Of a stretch of 64,000 nucleotides of DNA, positions 27,624-40,544 are shown one piece after another (within the stretch, counting starts at the first letter, position 1; every line of letters begins with the position of its first letter). The DNA lies in contig OZ024740.1 in assembly GCA_964016885.1 (NCBI GenBank), forward strand, positions 121,644,001 to 121,708,000, read 5' to 3'. The notes below the pieces were generated by a model, which worked only from the letters and a program-made list of their open reading frames with translations, was not told where the DNA came from and did no database searches. The stretch is from Eledone cirrhosa (taxonomy: Eukaryota). The translations under genes were made by a program, and so were the position numbers.

Positions 27624-27964
27624 GCTTAGCAATAGCGAGAGACTTTGGTCGTAAGAATTGCTTATCTTTTTTCTTTACATTTATTCGCTTTTTATCACTC
27701 TCAATATTTTTATATATATTTTTACCCTTCATTGTTCTACTTACCGTTTCGACTTCCTCCCCCTCCCCCTCCCTAGTATCTTCTTTGACCTCACGCCCAG
27801 CTGTAGCCGGCACTACCAACGCATGATTGGGTCTACTCCACGCCCTCCCCTTTTTCTCCTACTGGCAGGTTTAGCTACCCTTTTCCCCACAAATTTGCCA
27901 TCACATAATTACTACTAACTTGTGACCAATCCTTGTGACAATCACTTTAGCCATATATGGAATT

Positions 27965-28058
27965 ACCGCTTGAGAAGCTCGGCTATTTAAATACCAGGAT
28001 AAATTTTCGTTTAGTCCAGAATTAGCCGTCGAAACGGCTTGAGCTCAGCCGTCGGGGT
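27965..28058 (+). ncRNA. Type I hammerhead ribozyme, C3U/G8A core variant (3' pLTR)
   Basis: ACCGC-TTGAGAA(27970-27976)-stem II-GAAA(28031-28034)-CGGCT..AGCCG-TC^GGGGT. Predicted cut after 28053; one mismatch in stem I. Confidence 0.7.
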
Positions 28059-28629
28059 CTTACTGGTTCCTATTACCCACTCTACTACCCAGATATATAC
28101 ACACAGATATAGAGATCTACACACATACACACATACACACACACACAAACACAACACACCCAGACATACAGGTATATATGTATAAATACACATATTTGTG
28201 AATGTACACATATGCCTCCCTGCATATGCCCCCTTATACAACCATATGTAAGAGCACTTAAAAACACAAGTGGGTATGTATGGACAAGGGGCAGTATAAT
28301 TGAAATAAAATAATATAAAAAACAGGTGAGGGAGAAAAGGGAGAAAAGAGGTGTATAAGTCGTGGTTGAGAGTAAGTGTTTGTGAAGAGATCTGGATAAG
28401 GGCATATAGTTAAAAACTGATCTGGGTAAAGGTAGAGAACAGGATGAAGGTAGTGGTTGTGTATGTGTTAAAGGTATGGTAGAAAATAGGGCAGGTGGTT
28501 ATAAGTCAAATGAAAAAAAATATAGATAAAGATGAGGGAGAAAAAATGTATATATTGGTAGAAAGTATGTGTTCATAAGGTGATGATGTTGGTAGTTAAT
28601 GGAAGGCGTAATATGTAAAGAGGAAGCTC

Positions 28630-29436
28630 AGGGTGGTTAAGTAATAATTGGTGTGTTAATCCAGCTAAAAATTAGATGCGGTTTCAAGTGCGGACCACAT
28701 CTAAAGATCTCGGTCTTAGAGTTGAGGCAAGTGGGAGGGGTTTTTACATTTTGCAGAATTCTGAAATTTTCCATAGTACACAAAGGTATTGTGCCCTTTT
28801 GGCATTCTCTTGAGTGGTCTAAAATAGAATGTTTTTGTCTTTAAACTCCCACACTTTAATTGCCAGCGCCATTGCTGTCTTTTCTCAGGGTGTTTGAAAG
28901 AAGCGACATGTTCATAGCACCTGGTTTTAAATCTGTCCTGAGTTATGCCAACATATTGCTCACCTCTGACTAGCTGGTTATTAATCATCGGTGTCAACTC
29001 GACCTCATACACAATGGATTTGGTATTACATTTGCTATGTAATGGGCATTCTTCCGGTTTCCTGCAGCTTCATCCTGGATTTACTCTAGTACCATTTGAG
29101 TTGGTAAATTTAGTTTTCATTGTCGGGTAGTAAGAGTACCTGATTTATCTAAATTTCTATTAAATATCATATTATATCTATGATTAGGGGGAAATATTTG
29201 TCTAGAAGGTCGAGGAATTTTCTTCCTGCGTTAGATTTAACAGTTAGAGAGAAGGGAGGTGTAAACGAAATAAATTTTCTTTTCCTGTTATTGTGTTTAG
29301 TGTTAGAAAGAGAAGTAGGTAAATATTTAATACGTTCGATGAAGCCGCTGTTATTGAGGGCCTTATTATAATAAGGGGCATCTTTGTTAAAAATACCTAT
29401 TGACGAAGATAGGGTAGAGATCCTACGGCTGTTAGA
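28630..29436 (-). mobile_element. Second Naiad-like Penelope fragment (thumb, linker, GIY-YIG), degraded
   Basis: RRISTLSSS..YYNKALNNSGF..RKRKFISFTPPFSLTV (29167-29487); *SCRKPEECPLHSKC..IVYEV..YVGIT..FKTRCYEH; PLCTME..LNSKTEI in a shifted frame. Confidence 0.8.
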
Positions 29437-29467
29437 AATATATATATATTTATATATATATATATAT

Positions 29468-30490
29468 ATATTAGTGAAAAAGAACAAAGGAACTATTATG
29501 ACATTATAACAAGTTTATTGCCGACAGCCGTTTCGTCCGACCACATGGTGGGACTTTTCAAGGCATATAACATGTGACTGTAAGATCATTATCTACATCA
29601 ACGTATCACTCAAGGCTAGCAGTTTGAAATTGTGGTATACATCAGCAGCTCGGCTTGTATAGTTGGGGTCTATATTCTAAGGGGGCTCTTTTATATTAGT
29701 TGTCGGGGTCAGGGATTGAAGGTTAAAAATTAGATAATATATAATTTACGCATTAACAGTAAACTAAAAGACTTGGGGTCCCGTAGAAGCACCTTAAAAA
29801 TCCCTCAATAAGTGCATAAAGCTTACAGGCTCCAATAAACCTACTAAACTAGAAGAAATTAAGAGGCTAATAAAATAAAAAATAAAAATATAAGGTTTCC
29901 CTAAAAAAATATATAAAGTTTCCTATGAAATTCCTTCGGGCGAAAAAAGTTTTTTTCCCGAAAGAAAAAAACTTTCTTCCCGCGAGATCACGTTTACAAA
30001 TTTCAGAAAACTTACAAAGTTTTGATATTCCCTACTAAGTTGAAAGAAACTAATCAATTTAATGTTAATTCAAAGAGCCTTCTATAGTTCTCTCAGAAAA
30101 GGCCCCTTTAATATTTTTAATAGGAACCTCCTCCGAGAGACCCTTCGAAGAATTAAATTTTAGAGAGCCTTTAAGGATATATATAAAAACGAATTGAGGA
30201 AAACTATACATTAAAAGTTAAAAATTACGGTATTTGGGATATCCGAGGAATTTTCAAAGGGCTGCTTCAACAGATACAACTTAGGCATAATAGATACAAT
30301 AATTTAAGTAATTTAAGTAATTTAATTAGGGAGCAATAAACTTGTTATAATGTCATAATAGTTCCTTTGTTCTTTTTCACTAATATTTCTGCTCTGCGTA
30401 TACGCATAGAGCTTAACTAGCTACCGTCACATATTTGGTAGGTCAGACGTGATCATCGCGATTCACATACGACCTACCATACATCTTACT
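29468..30490. mobile_element. Non-coding Penelope-type element with hammerhead and 54-bp inverted repeat, inserted in (TA)n
   Basis: Inverted repeat 29468-29521 / 30333-30386, HHR at 29519-29565, (TA)n on both flanks, no convincing ORF. Confidence 0.6.
29519..29565 (-). ncRNA. Minimal type I hammerhead ribozyme (UUGAAAA core)
   Basis: Minus strand: UGCC-UUGAAAA-GUCC(caccauguggu c)GGAC-GAAAC-GGCU-GUC^GGCA. Stems I and II are perfect 4-bp helices. ACGGCUGU is self-complementary with G-U pairs. Confidence 0.8.
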
Positions 30491-30517
30491 TATATATATA
30501 TATATATATATATATAT

Positions 30518-30800
30518 CGCCCACTTAATCCTCAGAGGGTCGTGGGGCAGAGTCATCAAGTACTAATTCCAGTGGGTCTTCTCAGAAGCAACCGTCTGCA
30601 ACTGATCTGGCGGGAATGCCAAGGGAGACCTGCCAAGCTCATTTATGTTATCCAACAATTTTTGTCAGGGTCTATCGCTGGGGTCTCCTGCCGGTTGGTT
30701 TTGCCGGTAACATCTGTACAGATTTTCTTTCCTGCGACATTTAAAGCAATTGTCTATAGCATCGGATATGTCTTCTCTCCATCAGGAGAAGTATCAGCTC
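30518..30800 (-). mobile_element. Probable RTE-type LINE 3' remnant
   Basis: Minus strand reads KPTGRRPQR.., like the G-R-GRP motif near RTE C-termini; highly decayed. Confidence 0.35.
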
Positions 30801-32137
30801 TACCTGGAGTGAATCTCTGATCTTTTAGCTACAAACTCTATCGAGTAATGTTTCTCCTAAAGACTTTCAGAGGGACCCTATTTTTATCAGTTTTTATTCC
30901 CGATTTTACGTAATTAAATCAGAAATAATGTTACCTCCCTTTGCAATATATGTTGATGCTAATGCACCCCCCCCCCCCCCAAAAAAAAAATCAAAATATT
31001 CAACGGGCTATACCTTATTTCACTAAATAACGCATCAAAAGCAGGAAAGTTGTCTTGTTTTCTACAACCGAGAATCTGGTCATTTATTGAGATCTATCCG
31101 TTCTGAAATTATTATAATTCATTGAATATATCCTCATGTCATTCCTTTAGAAATTCTGATGTAATAATTTATCCAAAACAACAATATTAAAGCAACTATT
31201 TTTCGTAGAAAGCATCCAATTTTATATTTTGCAGAGTAATATTAATGTATTGCCGTATACCTGTCCACTACGTATTCAAATGACGAAGGCACTATAATTT
31301 TAATGAAATGCTACTTAGTAGAAATGCTATTACTTTCACACATGTGACTTCTTTTAATTTTATGGGTATTCTCTTTGAAATAGAATGATTAAAATATTCA
31401 TTTACCACAATTACCATTTTGATCTATCCTTATATGAAATTCATTTTATGAAATACGATTACAACATTTTATAACATTCTATTTATCAGCACTAATGATT
31501 GCACTAACATTTCACGCCATAGTATACACTAACATTTCTACAACATATAACATGCAATAGCTCTATTCCTTTTCAACTTATATCACATTAAGCCAGCTCG
31601 TGAAGGCAACGGTCAGGATCACGTCTTCTGAGAGTTGATTCATTAATTATTACTCCATTTTGAATATTCTCCAAAATATTAAATTGATTGATTGTAGTGA
31701 AGTGAGATCCACTGTTTAAGGCTTATAGATTTGGTGCGTTAAATGTTTGAAATATTGGAGTGATTTAAGTGGTAAAATATATAGAAGCTCCCCCTCCAGT
31801 TCCCTTATATTTCTATATTATTTATAATGCGAATTCTATTCACTCATGAAAATATGTAGGAATTAGAGAACCTCAATATATTTAAAACATGGTGTAAATT
31901 AAGATGATATGAAATCATATTGAGAATTATGTATTATAAATGTTGAAAAATTAGTCATACATTCAAGATTATGCCATAGAAAAATATTAATATTCATTAC
32001 AAAAAAAGAAACAATTTGTCCGGCTGAGGCCATAATATCACTAACTCAAGCACACATACATACATTCATACAATCATACATACATGATGATGGCTAACCT
32101 CACGTTATCGAGTATGGCCATTGCTCGATAAAAAACA

Positions 32138-32184
<47 letters not shown>

Positions 32185-32359
32185 CACATTAATAATTAAT
32201 TGTGATACCATCGAATGCGGAATTTTAGCCCTACCAATGATCTAAACTGTCTTGCACAGATTGGCATCCATGATAAAAAACATGTCCTGGTAATAGCCGG
32301 CTGTGGTTGATCGTCATGTACTATTGCATGTCGTTTGAGCCCTACAGCTAATCTACAGT

Positions 32360-32670
32360 CCTTTTCTCATGTTTTATAGGTATGATGAGTAGCATCTGCG
32401 ACAGCAGCCTGCTGGTCAACCATTATTCTCAATTTATGATTGTGGAGACGTCTATTGTGTCCTGCTTTGGTGAGGCAGAGTCTTGCACAGACGCTGCATG
32501 CCAGCGCCAAAGGAGGACCTTTGCTATCTGGAAATGTAACATCAACGACTTTACTGACATCCCTTCTCACTTTCTCGTATGCGATTCGAGATGCTCCCAA
32601 AGCATCTTTCCCCTCATGTACAATCTTTCTCCATTTATTACGATTACCAACTATTTCGGCTCTGTAATAT
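32360..32670 (-). mobile_element. Probable RTE/BovB-type LINE 3' remnant
   Basis: ORF 32367-32600 ends CSVCARLCLTKAGHNRRLHNH, like the terminal C2H2-like motif of RTE ORFs. Confidence 0.5.
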
Positions 32671-32732
32671 AGTTATTTTACATTGAGCTATTCTCATACT
32701 TGTAATTGGATAATATTAAATATTACCTACAT

Positions 32733-32815
<83 letters not shown>

Positions 32816-33536
32816 GAACGTTAGCAGTTATTGAATTACTTTCAGCATTCTTAAACCATCAGATTTCAAACAATTGTTCTTGTCTATATAAAGTAACCAT
32901 TTCTATTTAGTAAGGTTTAACACTATGTATAACATGCACTTTTGTAAATATTTTTGAATATTTCTTTGATTGAGTTGGATCCTATGCACTGGTAGTCAGG
33001 TCAGTTGACATTTTACAGCAACTTGCTACTAATAGCTATTCATGCTTTAGGTTTAATATTTTGTTACATAGTATATTTCATTTTAACATATTTATCTTTT
33101 CCTTCTTTTGTGTCTATTCCTTTAATACGTGCCTTGTGATCTGCAGTTATAACAACACTTTACATCCAGTCGTTTTTCTATTCTAATTAATTTATAAATT
33201 AATCAACGAAAACAGCTTTGATTCGATAACCTTAGTAACATATTTGTATCCCTTTTTTGCCGTTTTATATATTTTGTCGGTCCAATCCAATTTGCAAATA
33301 TTACTATTTATTGAAAACAATCTCAAAAAGCTAGCAATCACTAATTATAATTAACTAATAATGAAAAACTAACATGCATCCTTCGTAAAAACTGCAGATC
33401 CCTGATAGTGAAAATAACAAAACAATTTATTCTATCAGATATTGCTTGTGATTCATGCAAGTATAATGTCCATATAACCCTTGCAGGAAACCATATAAGA
33501 CAAATATAATTAGCATACCATATTTACAAAATTAAC

Positions 33537-33743
<207 letters not shown>

Positions 33744-34040
33744 TTATAAAATGTGTAGCCGAATAACACCATTACATTATATTATATGTATATATAAATA
33801 TATATATAAATATATAAACAATTAAGTTAAAAATGTACATCCACATATGTATACTGAAATACTAGTATGCATATGAATACACATACGTATACATATGTAG
33901 ATGTACCAAGTCTTTCACTGGTTACTTTACTGTGAGTATCCAGTTATTCTGTATGTAAACACACAGACAAACCGGTTTTTAGAGTCATACTGGTTTTTGA
34001 GCAAACACCTTTCCTCTATTCTCCAGAAAGCCAGACAAGG

Positions 34041-34085
34041 AATATTGAACTAGTTTCGTTGTTGTTACAACTCATCAGCAATATT
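34041..34085 (-). ncRNA. Minimal type I hammerhead ribozyme (canonical core)
   Basis: Exact reverse complement of 34921-34965. Confidence 0.88.
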
Positions 34086-34920
34086 TACCTATCTACCGGC
34101 CTTTCTGGAGAATTGTAAAAGCACATATTGTTATATGCTTTTTCTATGAAAATTAGTAGTGGGCAGACTAATTTGCATAGAGTGTGAGTACGTACCGGTT
34201 CAACGGAGACGATAAAAACAAATAACGAAACGAAATTAAATTTCGTTTCGTTTGTAACTCACTTTTGTATGACTGACGCTTAAACAATTAAGTTAAAAAT
34301 GTACATCCATATATGTATACTGAAATACTAGTATGCATATGAATACACACACGTATACATATGTAGATGTACCAAGTCTTTCACTGGTTACTTTACTGTG
34401 AGTATCCAGCTATTCTGTATGCAAACACGAATACATACAATACATAAAAATGTACATCCATATATGTATACTGAAATACTAGTATGCATATGAATACACA
34501 CACGTATACATATGTAGATGTACCAAGTCTTTCACTGGTTACTTTACTGTGAGTATCCAGCTATTCTGTATGCAAACACGAATACATACAGAATAGCTGG
34601 ATACTCACAGTAAAGTAACCAGTGAAAGACTTGGTACATCTACATATGTATACGTGTGTGTATTAATATGCATACTAGTATTTCAGTATACATATGTGGA
34701 TGTACATTTTTAACTTAATCGTTTAAGCGTCAGTCATACAAAAGTGAGTTACAAACGAAACGAAATTTAATTTCGTTTCGTTATTTGTTTTTATCGTCTC
34801 CGTTGAACCGGTACGTACTCACACTCTATGCAAATTAGTCTGCCCACTATTAATTTTCATAGAAAAAGCATATAACGATATGTGCTTTTACGATTCTCCA
34901 GAAAGGCCGGTAGATAGGTA

Positions 34921-34965
34921 AATATTGCTGATGAGTTGTAACAACAACGAAACTAGTTCAATATT
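34921..34965 (+). ncRNA. Minimal type I hammerhead ribozyme (canonical core)
   Basis: AATATTG-CTGATGA-GTTGT(AACA)ACAAC-GAAA-CTAG-TT^CAATATT: 7-bp stem I, 5-bp stem II, palindromic ACTAGT stem III. GUU cleavage at 34958/34959. Confidence 0.9.
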
Positions 34966-35386
34966 CCTTGTCTGGCTTTCTGGAGAATAGAGGAAAGGTG
35001 TTTCCTCAAAAACCAGTATGACTCTAAAAACCGGTTTGTCTTTGTGTTTACATACAGAATAGCTGGATACTCACAGTAAAGTAACCAGTGAAAGACTTGG
35101 TACATCTACATATGTATACGTGTGTGTATTCATATGCATACTAGTATTTCAGTATACATATATGGATGTACATTTTTAACTTAATTGTTTAAGCGTCAGT
35201 CATACAAAAGTGAGTTACAAACGAAACGAAATTTAATTTCGTTTCGTTATTTGTTTTTATCGTCTCCGTTGAACCGGTACGTACTCACACTCTATGCAAA
35301 TTAGTCTGCCCACTACTAATTTTCATAGAAAAAGCAAATAACGATATGTGCTTTTACGATTCTCCAGAAAGGCCGGTAGATAGGTA

Positions 35387-35431
35387 AATATTGCTGATGA
35401 GTTGTAACAACAGCGAAACTAGTTCAATATT
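35387..35431 (+). ncRNA. Minimal type I hammerhead ribozyme (canonical core)
   Basis: Same as 34921-34965 except an A>G change in stem II giving a U-G wobble. Cut at 35424/35425. Confidence 0.9.
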
Positions 35432-35653
35432 CCTTGTCTGGCTTTCTGGAGAATAGAGGAAAGGTGTTTCCTCAAAAACCAGTATGACTCTAAAAACCGG
35501 TTTGTCTGTGTGTTTACATACAGAATAGCTGGATACTCACAGTAAAGTAACCAGTGAAAGACTTGGTACATCTACATATGTATACGTGTGTGTATTCATA
35601 TGCATACTAGTATTTCAGTATACATATATGGATGTACATTTTTAACTTAATTG

Positions 35654-35717
<64 letters not shown>

Positions 35718-36895
35718 CATGAGTGTGTGTATGTGTATATGTGCGTGAGTCCCGGCTTCAATCGGGTGTATCCAAAGTAAATAAGGTACTCAATCCATTT
35801 GTAGAGTGTATATAACAAATTTAATATAGAAATGGCTTCCGTAGCACTAAAACTGTTTTCATTCGGATAAGTGAAATACGTTCTCATGAGATTTGTAGGC
35901 CGTCCTTACAATTGAGAAATTCATCTTGAATGTTTTAGGCTAACAACTCCTGTTTACACGTGACTAGTGATAGTTTTCACAAGAGAAAGTGGGTGAAATT
36001 ACCTAACATTGGATGGAGAAGTTTAACGTTTAGTAAAACTATAGAGAAAAGAAGAGATGGGTTCAATGAATAAGCCGGTATGATATATATCCTATTGTAT
36101 ATAAATACATAGGTAAATACAGAGAGAGAGGGTGATGAGGAGAAGCAACATGCCCTAGGGATATGACTGACGTGTTGTTCAGTGTCATTTTGCCCCCTAA
36201 CCTGTAGCGTTCTACGCTGCATATGATTTTAATGATAGCATGTTCTGAGTTTGAAAATATCTCAATTTGAGTATTATTTGAATTTTTTAAAGAGTCAGTA
36301 ACAGGTTCCAGGTTCCAATTGTCCAGATATGCTCCCTTTCGGAGGCTCTTTGGGTCTCGAGATACTCAACATGTGTGCATCTATCTCAAGCCTCCCAGGG
36401 CGAGTCGCAGAGACATTGGCAGATTTTACAACAAGAAATAATGACTACAATTTATTAATTGAACAAGCCCCTCTACCTAAGGCCTGTACGCATCCCTTGT
36501 AAACCAACGTGAACGACGATCCAGTATGTTTTCTGTGTTTCTTTATTTCACCATATTTCAGTTGCAGGCTCGGTAATCTCATTTGCACCAGTCATGAATC
36601 TGGTACATTTTCAAACCCCCGAAGACTAGTCCTTTTCAGAGCCGAACTTTACACGCGTCGTCATAGCTAATTTACTGGATTGTGGAAGTTATCTTGGGAG
36701 CTACTGGTGTTACCTATTGCTCCATCTCCCATAGTATTTTACAGTTGTTTGTCCATGGCTGCTTATTTGTCTCGTGGCTTTTTCAATATTAGCCACATCT
36801 GACCTGTTATCTAACAGAGCAGCTTTCAGTTTGGCGCCAAGTGCTGCATGGCTAGAATGAAAATCAGTGGTTTGAAAGGTGAGTCACACGGAGTA

Positions 36896-36993
36896 GAAGA
36901 AGAAGAAGAAGAAGAAGAAGAAGAAGAAGAAGAAGAAGAAGAAGAAGAAGAAGAAGAAGAAGAAGAAGAAGAAGAAGAAGAAGAAGAAGAAGA
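36896..36993 (+). repeat. (GAA)n microsatellite
   Basis: Pure trinucleotide run; source of the poly-Glu ORF 36848-37084. Confidence 0.97.
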
Positions 36994-37009
36994 ACTTTAT
37001 AAAATAATT

Positions 37010-37440
37010 CATTGCTTACTCTTTCATACAGTTGTTCAACTGATGAGATCTGATGTGTTTCCTGGCCATGAACAAGGTGGATGATTATCCGAGCGTGTTC
37101 ATATTATTTGGAGCTTTATTTTGTATGTTAACATTTTAAAAGGACTGAAAATGCCATCGGTTTCGTAGGGTTGACCAGGTGCATATATATGGCTAAGTTT
37201 TTGTGAATTGATACGGATGATATAATTTTTTGCGTTAATTTGCTAATGCAATAATTTGGATTAGTTTCCTTGTAATTATCCAGCAAAAGATTCATGTCAA
37301 ATGCCATATACTGCAGCTAGGCATAATCATGCTTACTCTTTCATACAATTGTTCAACTGATGAGATCTGTTATGTTTCCTGGCCATGAACAAGATGGATG
37401 ATTATCCGAGTGTGTTCATGTGATTTGGAGCTTTATTTTG
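37010..37440 (+). repeat. Dispersed direct repeat of about 110 bp (37010-37125 and 37330-37440)
   Basis: TGCTTACTCTTTCATACA..CAACTGATGAGATC..TTTGGAGCTTTATTTTG occurs twice. Confidence 0.75.
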
Positions 37441-37914
37441 CATTTCTGGACAGTTCGTTTTTGCTGTGGTGTGCTTAAACAATTTTTAGATAAAATAAAA
37501 CCTCCAAAATACTCATGCATATGTCAACGTTTTTTTGCAAAATGAAATACTGTTCATCTGAGTTACAAATGTATTATTATATTGATGATCTTTTTTTCTG
37601 TTAAACTGTTAGTGTGTATAAGTAATAAATGATCATATTCACAATAGATCTTCAACGACTTCGTAGACTGTTGGGTCACAGCTGTATACCCGACCAATTC
37701 AAGAGCGATTTGCTGAACCTTTTAATTACTTTCATATGACTTAATAGACATGACTATCACAAAATCTCAGCATATCATCTTCATCTCAGAACTTGTTCAA
37801 GTATTACAAAGGATTTACTACGTCATTTAGGTTTACCAGTTTGTCATTCGATTCCAACTCACCAATCAGAGTTGCGTGTTTGGATTTGTAGGTACAAACA
37901 ATCACACAAACACG

Positions 37915-39073
<1,159 letters not shown>

Positions 39074-40147
39074 TGTCTGTCTGTCTGTGTGTGAGTGTGT
39101 GTATGTGTGTGTGTATCAATGCATTTGTTTGTATGTGCATGTGCGAGCGTTGTTGTTCAATACCAGGTCAGCTTCGATTAATAGGCCCTGTGGTCAAATA
39201 TTATCTAGCCTTGACCTTCCAGTTCCAGCAAGTCACATAACTGCGTAGAAACCTAGGTGTTGCGATGTGTTCATGTTTCTTTACGTATGTGTATGTATGT
39301 ACACAGTCATATATTGATTGCAGGACGTAAAACGTGCTAGAGTGTGGACAATAATTCTCATCGGTATATGTGCTAAAATTCGGAATTAACATTGAAAATA
39401 CTACATATATAAAAAAAAGCGCAAATTATAAAATATTCCATCTCAACAATAAGTCATTGCATACAAACATATAAAGTTTACTGTCTCAGCGTGCACTCTT
39501 TAGCATGTGAACACCGTTAATAATATAGCACAAAAAAAGGCGGATGGATATATATTTCTGTTTAAATAAATTCAATTCGAGGAACTTGTTGAATTTCACA
39601 AAATTACATTGATATTTTTAACACGTCATATGTTATTCTTCTTTCATTTATCTTTTCTTTCTATTTAAAAATGTCACTGTTTTCTTTCTTTTTTGTCTTA
39701 CGAAATTTCATCCTGCCGCAGGATAAACTATCATATTTGTTGTAAATGCTCACCGATGGCACGTTGAAAATCTTTTGTCGCCAAATAGAATGTTTAAACA
39801 TTGAATATGAAAAAAAGAGGAGCGCTGATAATTCAAAGTCGTTGCATTTGTTCATTTTGGTTTTCGATGATTGTTAAATCTCAGGCAAATAGTCACATGG
39901 ATACGTGATATGATGAATGAGGGCATTTAACGACGTACGAAAGTGCAATTTAAATAAATTTATAGCTAAAATATTTGTTTCATGAATCGTTTACATTTCT
40001 AAATGGTATTCAAAGCAATAAGAAACGAAAATTAAAAATCACGTGAATGATTAAGAAAATTTATCCGCTAGGTATGAATATTTTACATGAAATACACTAA
40101 AACATAATCGTATATATATGTAAATATATAAATAGCTCATATGAATC

Positions 40148-40539
<392 letters not shown>

Positions 40540-40544
<5 letters not shown>

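Larger units (their letters stand above)
26061..28088 (+). mobile_element. Penelope-like element (Naiad-like), 5'-truncated, with inverted terminal pLTR copy
   Basis: GIY-YIG ORF, long 3' region, inverted repeat 26061-26179 / 27951-28070, flanked by TA/CA microsatellite. Confidence 0.85.
33815..35654. mobile_element. Retrozyme-like array: 466-bp non-coding monomer with hammerhead, about 1.3 inverted copies plus a 145-bp duplication, then about 2.3 direct copies
   Basis: Period 466 (33815/34281; CTGATGA 34928/35394). Inversion centre ~34585. Both outer ends stop at the same monomer position (ACAATTAAG / CTTAATTGT) in (TA)n. Confidence 0.85.

Noticed and set aside
33815-35654. MITE or foldback DNA transposon, or CRISPR-like interpretation of the array
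   Set aside because: The arms are made of tandem HHR-containing monomers of unequal number, with no short TSD, no spacers and no transposase or cas genes.
36300-36850. Possible ancient LINE RT remnant on the minus strand (VGLQG-like motif)
   Set aside because: Too decayed to support without a profile search.
36848-37084. Poly-Glu ORF
   Set aside because: (GAA)n microsatellite with no other coding signal.
37030-37400. CTGATGAG in both copies of the 110-bp repeat, flanked by TTGTTCA/TGAACAA
   Set aside because: No stem II-GAAA-stem III on the same strand, so not a hammerhead.
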